Virus record (IMG/VR): IMGVR_UViG_3300009550_000008
Source of the DNA: a virus
DNA: 64,000 nucleotides
Reading direction: 5' to 3' (one strand)
Shown piece after piece: positions 56,539-64,000 of this stretch. Numbering within the stretch: the first letter of the stretch is position 1; every line of letters begins with the position of its first letter. Both the position numbers and the translations under genes were made by a program. The notes under the pieces are model-generated. The model was not told where the DNA came from. It saw only the letters and a program-made list of their open reading frames with translations, and did no database searches.

Positions 56539-56541
56539 AAA

Positions 56542-56856
56542 ATGGGAATGATTAATATGAGTGGGTCGATGAAGTTCGGCCCAAGTGGTAAAAGACGAAA
56601 GACTAATGCTTGGAAACAAAAGAAGCGTCATCAAATTAAACTGGAAGAGTTGAGAATGACTCCAACCAGTCAGAAGAAACCTGAGAAAGTTATACCTTCT
56701 CTTACATCTAATGTGGGTTCAGGTCAGGGAACTAAGAACCTTGCATGGGAACTAGAGAAACAAAAGATATCTTCTCAGTATACGATTGCACCAGCGTACA
56801 ACAAGGGTGCATATCAAGTTATAGGAAAGGATTCAGTTAAGGACATAGGCAAATGA
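56542..56856 (+). CDS. Conserved hypothetical protein
   Basis: YTIAPAYNKGAYQVI. Confidence 0.65.
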   Translation: MGMINMSGSMKFGPSGKRRKTNAWKQKKRHQIKLEELRMTPTSQKKPEKVIPSLTSNVGSGQGTKNLAWELEKQKISSQYTIAPAYNKGAYQVIGKDSVKDIGK

Positions 56857-57089
56857 GTATAGAGCTTGCAAAACTACAGAATGGTGAATTAGTATATGGA
56901 CTTTATGAAGAAGTCGAAGCGTATGCAGAAGAGAAAGAAACATGTGTAGATCGTTATCTAGATCATGTTGCACCTTTTGTAGTTCAGAAGAATTTTACTT
57001 ATGTTGGTAATCAAATGGGTGACCCTTATTCAGTTTCCGTTCCATGGAATTATGAAAAAGGGGTTGCGGATGTTACAGATAAGTGGTAG
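56853..57089 (+). CDS. Hypothetical protein
   Basis: ORF in operon. Confidence 0.5.
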   Translation: MSIELAKLQNGELVYGLYEEVEAYAEEKETCVDRYLDHVAPFVVQKNFTYVGNQMGDPYSVSVPWNYEKGVADVTDKW

Positions 57090-57098
57090 AATGGTAAC

Positions 57099-57644
57099 AT
57101 GAATTTATTTTATTTACATGAAGACCCCGAAGTATCCTCAACACTGCATTGTGATAAACATGTAGTAAAGATGATTATCGAGTATGCTCAAATGTTATCT
57201 ACTGCACATAGGATGTTAGATGGAACACAATACACCGATGCATCCAGTGGTCGTAGAATTCAAAGGTGGAAACTAGAAGATTATACTATGGAAGATATGT
57301 TATACAAAGCTTCTCATATCAATCATCCATCTACTCGTTGGGTTCGTGAGAATGCAATTCAATATCAGTATGCATACGATATGTTTACTAACTTATGTGA
57401 TGAGTACACATATAGATATGGTAAGACACACTTGACTGATTCTAAACTTAGATACTCATTAGATATATTACCTAAGAATATTAAACTAGGTGAATGGTCA
57501 GAACCACCTCAGTGTATGCCTGAGGATGTTAAGGTTCCGAATGACAGTCTAAAAGCATACCATAAATACTATGCAGTCTACAAGAAAGATTTTGCAAAAT
57601 GGACAGAGAGACCTGTCCCAACTTTTATGGACACATATGCCTAG
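57099..57644 (+). CDS. Pyrimidine-dimer DNA glycosylase-like protein
   Basis: MNLFYL..HCDKHVVKMIIEYAQMLSTAH..HINHPS. Confidence 0.75.
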   Translation: MNLFYLHEDPEVSSTLHCDKHVVKMIIEYAQMLSTAHRMLDGTQYTDASSGRRIQRWKLEDYTMEDMLYKASHINHPSTRWVRENAIQYQYAYDMFTNLCDEYTYRYGKTHLTDSKLRYSLDILPKNIKLGEWSEPPQCMPEDVKVPNDSLKAYHKYYAVYKKDFAKWTERPVPTFMDTYA

Positions 57645-57951
57645 ATACGATTTTTATAATGAAGAAACTGGTGAGTTGATTGAATACACAATGTCATGGA
57701 GAGACCTTGACGATTTCAAACTAAACAATCCCCATCTTAAACAACAAGTTTCTGCACCACAAATAGTGGGTGGTACTGGTGATCGAGTTAAAACTGATGA
57801 TGGTTTTAAGGAAGTATTATCTAAAGTAGGTGATGCACATCCAGGCTCGGTTGTTCATGAACGACATGGTAGTAAAGATATTAAGAGAGAGAAGTCTGTA
57901 CAAACCATTAAGAAACATATGGACATCCAGTCCAAAGGAAAGAAACTATGA
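57637..57951 (+). CDS. FmdB-like small protein
   Basis: MPRYDF..GFKEVLSKV..HPGS. Confidence 0.6.
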   Translation: MPRYDFYNEETGELIEYTMSWRDLDDFKLNNPHLKQQVSAPQIVGGTGDRVKTDDGFKEVLSKVGDAHPGSVVHERHGSKDIKREKSVQTIKKHMDIQSKGKKL

Positions 57952-58628
57952 CAGAAGTGAGAACGACATTACTAGAGATAACTGATCTAGAACAATTAGA
58001 TTTAAAGACCGAACAGCGAGACGGCAAGAGATATTACATAGATCAGAAAGGTGAAGCATATCCAAGTGTCACCACTGTAGTTGGTCTAAGGAGTAAAGAA
58101 CAAATTAAGTTGTGGCGTGAACGAGTAGGTGAAGAAACTGCAAATAAGATTTCTTCCTCAGCTGCAAAACGAGGAACACAATTCCATCAACATGTTGAAG
58201 ACTATCTCAGGAAAGAGAAACCTTTCATTGAGTTTGAGAACCTCTTACAAGAACAAATGTTCAGTGCAGTAAGACCAGTATTAGATGAGGTCGTACCACT
58301 TGCCTTAGAGGCACCGTTGTATTCAACTAATCTTAAGATGGCTGGTCGTGTGGATTGTGTAGGAATGTTCGATGGTAAACTTTGTATCATAGACTTTAAG
58401 TCTAGTTCAAAACCCAAAGAAGATTATATGGCAGAGTCTTGGTATATACAAATGACTGCATACTCAATCATGGTCGAGGAATTAACTGGTCATGCAATCG
58501 AAGAGTGTGTAGCGATTGTTGCAGTCGAAGGTTCTAATTCATTTCAATTGTTCGTATGTGAACCACAAGATTATGTGGATGATCTAGTTCAGTTGAGAAA
58601 ACAATACACAAACTTATACGGAATATGA
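57948..58628 (+). CDS. PD-(D/E)XK (Cas4-like) exonuclease
   Basis: YPSVTTV, RGTQFH, AGRVDC, IIDFKSS, QMTAY. Confidence 0.88.
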   Translation: MTEVRTTLLEITDLEQLDLKTEQRDGKRYYIDQKGEAYPSVTTVVGLRSKEQIKLWRERVGEETANKISSSAAKRGTQFHQHVEDYLRKEKPFIEFENLLQEQMFSAVRPVLDEVVPLALEAPLYSTNLKMAGRVDCVGMFDGKLCIIDFKSSSKPKEDYMAESWYIQMTAYSIMVEELTGHAIEECVAIVAVEGSNSFQLFVCEPQDYVDDLVQLRKQYTNLYGI

Positions 58629-58876
58629 TGATAACAAGAAAGGAATTCAGTGAACAAGTCGAGAGGTTACTTTCAAAAGGTAAAGGTACACCCGATGTAA
58701 TGTCAGCAATAATAAAGGTATGTGAGGTCAATAAGGTTGAACCCGAAAGTGCAAAGAGATTAATCTCTACACCACTTAAGGAAAAGCTGCAAGCTGAAGC
58801 AGAACAACTCAACATGATTAATAGACATACACGAAGTCAGTCAACCTTGACTGGTTTCTTTACGGAGAAAAAATAA
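58625..58876 (+). CDS. 33: Late promoter transcription coactivator gp33
   Basis: FSEQVE..LISTPLKEKLQAEA..LN; TLTGFF clamp-like peptide; upstream of gp59. Confidence 0.8.
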   Translation: MMITRKEFSEQVERLLSKGKGTPDVMSAIIKVCEVNKVEPESAKRLISTPLKEKLQAEAEQLNMINRHTRSQSTLTGFFTEKK

Positions 58877-59148
58877 TGGAAAAAGGTGATGTCGTAACAG
58901 TAGTTACAATCAGCGGTGAGTATGTTGGTATACTCGATTCGTTTGAAGATGCAACTGTGGTTCTTAATAAACCACGAATGGTTGTTCAATCAGAGAAAGG
59001 TATGGGATTTGCACATGGTGTTGCAGTAACAGGTGAAGAGAATCCTGAGTCAGTAACATTCCTCAATGTGGTTTATGTTATCCCAACGAATAAAGCTGTA
59101 GCAAAAGCACATACAGAAGCAACAACTAGCATTCAGTTAGTTAAGTAA
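58876..59148 (+). CDS. Sm-like hypothetical protein
   Basis: VVTISGEYVG..LNKPR. Confidence 0.55.
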   Translation: MEKGDVVTVVTISGEYVGILDSFEDATVVLNKPRMVVQSEKGMGFAHGVAVTGEENPESVTFLNVVYVIPTNKAVAKAHTEATTSIQLVK

Positions 59149-59741
59149 TGACGAGTCGTGAAGGATATGATGCATACACTTTATATCTTGGTATAAAGTT
59201 ACACTTCTATTCTACCGACTACAATTTCATTAAGTATAACGGTAAAGTCAAAGCAGATATAAACTCATTCGTTAAACGAAAAGATAAGTATCACTTTGGT
59301 AAGTTATACAAAAAGTATAAACAGAACCTACAGGATTTCTACATTGCAAATCTATCTGTTTATGATCTATGGGCTGGTGATCTTCTAGAGAATGAATGTG
59401 AGAAGAGATACATGGAGTGGAAGAAAAGACAACAGAAACTTTCCTACATGTTTGAGACAGAAGTATCAGACCAAATTAGAAAATACAAGATTAATACTTT
59501 ACTTAAGGTAAACAAGGGACAACACCCTAGACTATTAAAAGCATACTTAGGTAAAGAGATAAGTTTGGAAACACTTTGTATTATGGATGAGATAATCGGA
59601 TTCAGTTCAGACTGGGAAAAACTGATACAGGAAAAGATCGTTTATCCCGAAGTCCATAACAAGATAAACAAATACAAAGCTTTCTTATCTTACCCACAAC
59701 AGGAATACAAAACCAAATTAATTGATCTATGCTCCACATAG
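59148..59741 (+). CDS. 59: Helicase loader gp59
   Basis: YLGIKLHF..YNFIKYNGK..KRKDKYHF; ISLETL. Confidence 0.9.
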   Translation: MTSREGYDAYTLYLGIKLHFYSTDYNFIKYNGKVKADINSFVKRKDKYHFGKLYKKYKQNLQDFYIANLSVYDLWAGDLLENECEKRYMEWKKRQQKLSYMFETEVSDQIRKYKINTLLKVNKGQHPRLLKAYLGKEISLETLCIMDEIIGFSSDWEKLIQEKIVYPEVHNKINKYKAFLSYPQQEYKTKLIDLCST

Positions 59742-60457
59742 TAGGTAACGGCCCAAGTCGTAAACAATATGATCTAAACTCTTTCGAAGAGTGGTGGGGA
59801 TGTAATGGTGTATACAGAGATCATACTCCTGATATACTATTCGTCCACGACATTCCCGTTCAACACCAAGCTGTTGTAGATGGATGTTTAGAGAGAGGAA
59901 AGGTTGCGGTCGGAGACTGGAATCATATGGAGATAGATTTGTGGGATGGATTGAAGATGGGATATCCGAATGCAATACACAATCGAACCGAGGATGATAC
60001 TCATTTTGTGGTTCAAGGGGAAGGACACGAAGTATATTTCACTAGCTATAATATACCTCTGGGCTGCAACATTATTATGTATAATTATGAGAAGCTCAAG
60101 AACACCTTTTGTGGTATCAGTGCATTAGGATATGCAGCTTACAATGGATACAAAGAGATTACTTTAGTAGGGTTTGATGCATTAGACCCTGAGTTAGATT
60201 CAGTTGATAATGTTTATCAAGGAACTGAGTTCTATCGCACTAAATACAATGCAAATGATACAGTTAACTACATTCAAAAGATGCAGTTCGTATCGTTGCT
60301 TGAAGACCCCTTGTTTAATGATATAAAGGTTTATTTCAAAAACCCTATTGACGATAACAAGGAAGTCATATATAATGAATTATGTTACTATGAAAATAGT
60401 AAATATAAGTGGTCGTTAGGTGTTAGTTCACTTCATGACTTTAATAAGATGCTATAA
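59729..60457 (+). CDS. Hypothetical protein (GT29/Maf-like Rossmann fold)
   Basis: IVGNGPSR..GCN..PD; ITLVGFD. Confidence 0.6.
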   Translation: MLHIVGNGPSRKQYDLNSFEEWWGCNGVYRDHTPDILFVHDIPVQHQAVVDGCLERGKVAVGDWNHMEIDLWDGLKMGYPNAIHNRTEDDTHFVVQGEGHEVYFTSYNIPLGCNIIMYNYEKLKNTFCGISALGYAAYNGYKEITLVGFDALDPELDSVDNVYQGTEFYRTKYNANDTVNYIQKMQFVSLLEDPLFNDIKVYFKNPIDDNKEVIYNELCYYENSKYKWSLGVSSLHDFNKML

Positions 60458-60490
60458 AATGCAATACGATGTTTAATACAAGGAGATACT

Positions 60491-61390
60491 ATGTCAACAT
60501 CATTAGATAAACTACGCGCAGCAATGGAATCTGCGTCTCCAACTCAAGGAGAAAAAAAGTCCTATTCCGATGACAGATTTTGGAAACCCGAACTCGATAA
60601 GAGTGGTAATGGGTTTGCAATAATCCGTTTCCTACCAACCCCCGAAGGTGAAGAAATGCCATGGGTCTCATATTGGGATCACGGCTTCCAAGGGCCAGGC
60701 GGATGGTATATTGAGAAGTCTTTAACGACTCTTAATAAACAAGACCCTGTGTCCGAGTACAATACTCAGTTATGGAACACTGGAATCGAAGCAAACAAAG
60801 AGATTGCAAGGAAACAGAAGCGTAGACTTCATTATGTTTCTAATGTCTATGTTGTTTCAGACCCTAAGAATCCTGATAACGAAGGTAAAGTATTCCTTTA
60901 TAAGTACGGTAAAAAAATCTTCGAACAGTTGAAAGAAGCAATTAGTCCAGCATTTGAGGACGAAGCTGCAATCAATCCTTTTGACTTAAGAGGAGAAGGT
61001 GCAAACTTCAAAATCAAAATCAGAAAAGTTGATGGTTACTGGAACTACGACAAGTCTGAGTTTGATAAAGCTGCACCACTTTTTGATGACGAAAATCAGT
61101 TGAATGATATATATACTTCTGTTCATTCGCTATCAGAAATTATATCACCTGATGAGTTCAAGTCTTATGACGAACTCAAAACTAAACTCGATAGAGTATT
61201 AGGACTATCAGGTGGAGTGAGTAATTCTACAGCAGAGTCAGTTGCAGAAGACCAAGAAGAAGTGCCTTGGGCAAATGTAAACACTGCCTCCGTTGCAGAT
61301 GAACCCGTAATTGCATCTGCTGATGCATCAGTTGGTGAAACTGGTGACGATGCGATGGATTACTTCAAGAAATTAGCTTCGGACAGTTAA
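60491..61390 (+). CDS. 32: Single-stranded DNA binding protein gp32
   Basis: DDRFWK, GNGFAIIRFLP, HGFQGPGGWYIE, YGKKIF, GANFKIK, NYDKSEF. Confidence 0.97.
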   Translation: MSTSLDKLRAAMESASPTQGEKKSYSDDRFWKPELDKSGNGFAIIRFLPTPEGEEMPWVSYWDHGFQGPGGWYIEKSLTTLNKQDPVSEYNTQLWNTGIEANKEIARKQKRRLHYVSNVYVVSDPKNPDNEGKVFLYKYGKKIFEQLKEAISPAFEDEAAINPFDLRGEGANFKIKIRKVDGYWNYDKSEFDKAAPLFDDENQLNDIYTSVHSLSEIISPDEFKSYDELKTKLDRVLGLSGGVSNSTAESVAEDQEEVPWANVNTASVADEPVIASADASVGETGDDAMDYFKKLASDS

Positions 61391-61400
61391 TTTCGAACTG

Positions 61401-61568
61401 GGGTTGTCGTGTTATATAATGCACCTTTGGTGATAAAGTCGACAACTCACTTGGGCCGTGGAATGCAAATGGGGGCACCAAGTAAGGGTAAGGGAGACAG
61501 CAAAACAAAGCGGGTCTCTCGGTTAAGAACGGGATGCTGTAAGGCGCGGGGTGACTTAACACTTTTTT
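61401..61568 (+). ncRNA. Candidate four-stem structured RNA between gp32 and bS21
   Basis: GGGTTGTCG/CGACAACTC, ACTTGG/CCAAGT, GGGAGAC/GTCTCTC, GTTAAG/CTTAAC followed by T6. Confidence 0.55.
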
Positions 61569-61582
61569 AATTAAGGAATATT

Positions 61583-61831
61583 ATGCCAAGTGTAAAACCA
61601 AGAAAACATCCGAAGAGTAAACATGTCGAACCATTCGACAGGATGTTACGCAGATTTAAGAAACAAGTAGAAAGAGCTGGTATAATTCAGGAATGTAGAG
61701 ATCGTGAATATTATGTCAAACCTAATCAAAAGAGACATAAGAAGAATCAAGAAATAACAAGACGAAGAAAGATTCAAGCAAAAAGAGACGAACAAGCGTC
61801 AATGAGAAAACGATGGGGAGTGCTTAATTGA
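61583..61831 (+). CDS. rpsU: Ribosomal protein bS21
   Basis: [27 protein letters not shown]. Confidence 0.9.
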   Translation: MPSVKPRKHPKSKHVEPFDRMLRRFKKQVERAGIIQECRDREYYVKPNQKRHKKNQEITRRRKIQAKRDEQASMRKRWGVLN

Positions 61832-61910
61832 TATTGTGCATTTGTAACAATGTCAGAAGTTCTGAAACCCATAGATACCATCTAATAGGAACCCAGTGTG
61901 GGAATTGTAT

Positions 61911-62099
61911 ATGTCAAAGGGAAGTAAAAGAAGACCTGAAACGGGAACTCAGTACCAAGATAATTGGGAACGAATCTTTGGCAAACCTGAGCCTAAGATA
62001 AAAGAACATAAGAAGACACCTTCACACGGACTTACTCAAGTCCATAAAGACCGAACCAAATATAATCGTAAGAAATTAAGAATCGACTTAGAATCCTAA
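61911..62099 (+). CDS. Small basic hypothetical protein
   Basis: KGSKRRP..YQDNWERIFG; VHKDRTKYNRK. Confidence 0.6.
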   Translation: MSKGSKRRPETGTQYQDNWERIFGKPEPKIKEHKKTPSHGLTQVHKDRTKYNRKKLRIDLES

Positions 62100-64000
62100 G
62101 TCATCGTAGTCATTACCAGCAGATGCAGCTGCTTTTCTATTGATTGCTTGTGGGTCTTCCATTCTAGAATACCCTGAGACATTAGTTTGTGAAACATTTT
62201 GGAAGACATTATTCTTAGGGTCTGTATTTCCATACATCTTGTATTCTTCCACTTGGGCTTCTTGTCTTTGTTTTTGTAATTCAAATCTACCCTTTTCAAG
62301 TTCCGATGCAGCCATGTCTTGACCTGCTGTGGTCGTGTCTTGCATTCCACTTAACTCAGTTCTGGCAACATCCTCACTACGGTAGATATCCTCGTCTGCA
62401 TAAGCACCACGATCAGAGAATTGAGTAAGACCTCTTTCTTTTGCAAGTTCAAGAGTATCGAGTAGACCCATTTTTGCAAACTCACCACCCTCAGCCATGA
62501 GAGATTTTGCAGCTTCAATTTCTGTAGAATTGAATCCCATTGTGATTGCAACTTCTTCATCAGAGATTTCTTTTGCAGGCACATAGTCTTCTCTTCCTTT
62601 AAGACTACCTTGCATTGCACCAACTTCATCTGAGAGTTCATTAGCTTCACCTTGGAGTCTTTCTGTAGAAGTATATGCATATGCATCACCACCAACCATG
62701 TTACCTTCTTTATCACGAAGGATACCAAGGTCAGCTTGTTCTTGCATGGTTTCATACTTTTCTTCGTTTGCAAAGGCCTGTGCCTTCATTTGTGCTTCTC
62801 TTTCGACTAATGCATCTCTTTCAGAAGCCTGCATGTCCATGAGGAATTGTCGTTTTGCATCACCTTCTAGAATAACACCATTATGTCTAATCGTAGAGTT
62901 CTCCATGTCTCTTTCGATTTGTGCATCTAGATTTTCTCTCTTCTTCTCAATCCTTTTTTGTTCAGCATCAGCAGCTTCTGAATCTGCTTGCTTCTCAAGG
63001 AAAATGTATTCATTACGAGCATCGAGTGCATCTTGTTTACCTTTCAGTTCTTCTTGTTTTGCTTTCCTCTCGTCAAGAAGTGCCTGAGTATCCATCTCAT
63101 CAAATTGTGCTTGTTGATCTAGTTTCTCAAAGTGTAGCTTTTGTCTCTTTTGAATCATCCTCATTTTTTGCATCTGAGATGCGTTTTGGAATTCTTCATC
63201 TTGTGCTAGTTCTTGCATTGCCATTTGAGTTGCTTTTTCTTCATTCTCTTTCTTCTTAGCTTTTCTTTTCTTAATACCTTCGAGTTCTTTTTCTTCCTCA
63301 TCAGAAGTAAGACCTAAGAATGATTTAATCTTTAATATCTTTTCTCGAATGAAGTCAGATATGTTTTGCCAGATTTTACTAAAGAACCCAGTAATGTTAC
63401 CAACTATATCTGATACCTTCTGTTTCATTGCAGTAAATTTTGCAAAGATGTAGTCTTTGTTCTCTTGGAATTTCCTATAGATAAACATCCCTGCCATAAC
63501 TATGGCTGCAACACCTAAACCTATTAAGAGTGCAATACCAATTATTGGGGCTGCAGCTGCAATCATACCCGCTGCAGCAACTGCCATTGATATACCTGAT
63601 GCAATCAGTCCACCAATAAACAATAGTGCTTGGAATGCCATTCCTATAGATGCAACAACAAGTTGTGCAGTTATTCTAAGGAATGTAACTGATATGTTTA
63701 AAAGTCCTCTAAGAATAAATGCAGTTGATGATGCAAGGATTTGTAATGCCCATTTACCTAAGAAGATACCTTGTTGTAATAGATAACCACTTAGTTTTTT
63801 AAGACCACCACCTAAGGCAGTCATACCTTTCATAAAGAGTTCTTTACCTTTACCTAGTAGATCGATCTCTTTACCAAAGAATCCTGATACCTTCTTAACT
63901 GCATCATTCAATAAAGTGAAAGGTGCAGTTGCAATTGTCCAGCCAGCTTTAATCTTATCGGTTGCATCTTTAACAACCTTGTTTAGATCAAACTCAGTTA
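62088..64000 (-). CDS. Tape-measure/baseplate-hub-like protein, 3' part (start lies beyond the window)
   Basis: Frame open to the window edge; Ala/Gly-rich hydrophobic helices, coiled coil, NNVFQNVSQTNVS tail. Confidence 0.6.
   Translation of the reverse strand, partial: TEFDLNKVVKDATDKIKAGWTIATAPFTLLNDAVKKVSGFFGKEIDLLGKGKELFMKGMTALGGGLKKLSGYLLQQGIFLGKWALQILASSTAFILRGLLNISVTFLRITAQLVVASIGMAFQALLFIGGLIASGISMAVAAAGMIAAAAPIIGIALLIGLGVAAIVMAGMFIYRKFQENKDYIFAKFTAMKQKVSDIVGNITGFFSKIWQNISDFIREKILKIKSFLGLTSDEEEKELEGIKKRKAKKKENEEKATQMAMQELAQDEEFQNASQMQKMRMIQKRQKLHFEKLDQQAQFDEMDTQALLDERKAKQEELKGKQDALDARNEYIFLEKQADSEAADAEQKRIEKKRENLDAQIERDMENSTIRHNGVILEGDAKRQFLMDMQASERDALVEREAQMKAQAFANEEKYETMQEQADLGILRDKEGNMVGGDAYAYTSTERLQGEANELSDEVGAMQGSLKGREDYVPAKEISDEEVAITMGFNSTEIEAAKSLMAEGGEFAKMGLLDTLELAKERGLTQFSDRGAYADEDIYRSEDVARTELSGMQDTTTAGQDMAASELEKGRFELQKQRQEAQVEEYKMYGNTDPKNNVFQNVSQTNVSGYSRMEDPQAINRKAAASAGNDYDDLGF

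Noticed and set aside
60676-60680. GGATC/GATCC avoidance as part of the GpC-shielding pattern
   Set aside because: The motif looks depleted (Asp-Pro is written GAC-CCN), but the one site I found has no overlapping GpC, so it is ordinary avoidance
61401-61568. tmRNA, tRNA or RNase P identity for the gp32-bS21 RNA
   Set aside because: No acceptor stem/T-loop/CCA, tag reading frame or RNase P conserved regions, and too short
1514-63786. Many antisense or out-of-frame ORFs in the track (e.g. 1514-1774, 17829-18335, 27003-27398, 62698-63087)
   Set aside because: They are shadows of well-supported genes, with no SD or recognisable motifs
1-64000. CRISPR array, diversity-generating retroelement, integrase or transposase
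   Set aside because: No regularly spaced repeats and no reverse transcriptase or recombinase motifs seen; the Cas4-like nuclease is the usual standalone T4-like exonuclease
1-64000. Stop-codon reassignment
   Set aside because: Core genes are full length in the standard code and TAA, TAG and TGA all serve as stops

Overview
This 64 kb window is a gene-dense, AT-rich segment of a T4-like (Tevenvirinae/Kyanoviridae-like) myovirus genome, almost all on the + strand. It is probably aquatic or marine with a proteobacterial host; that is inferred from a sigma32/ROSE-type hsp20 leader, iscU/iscA, ahpC and bS21. It carries the T4 replication core (gp43, uvsX, gp41, gp61, nrdA/nrdB, glutaredoxin, rnh, gp33, gp59, gp32), a lysozyme and a spanin pair, tRNA-Ala(UGC), about eight 2OG-Fe(II) oxygenases, auxiliary host-type genes, and the 3' part of a minus-strand tape-measure-like gene. 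The most notable system is a DNA cytosine hypermodification module: C5-methyltransferase, TET/JBP dioxygenase with a C-terminal sliding-clamp-type peptide, and two tandem P-loop kinases, with a split carbamoyltransferase elsewhere in the window. A manual scan shows a matching sequence footprint: CCWGG, CCAGA and GGNCC sites occur essentially only where they overlap or abut a GpC, which suggests GpC modification shields them. Also notable are a ~12 kb late locus of modular proteins with T4 capsid-targeting/prohead-protease-like motifs, including enzymes that may be injected cargo, and several structured intergenic RNA candidates. All calls are from motif recognition by eye; no searches or computations were run.
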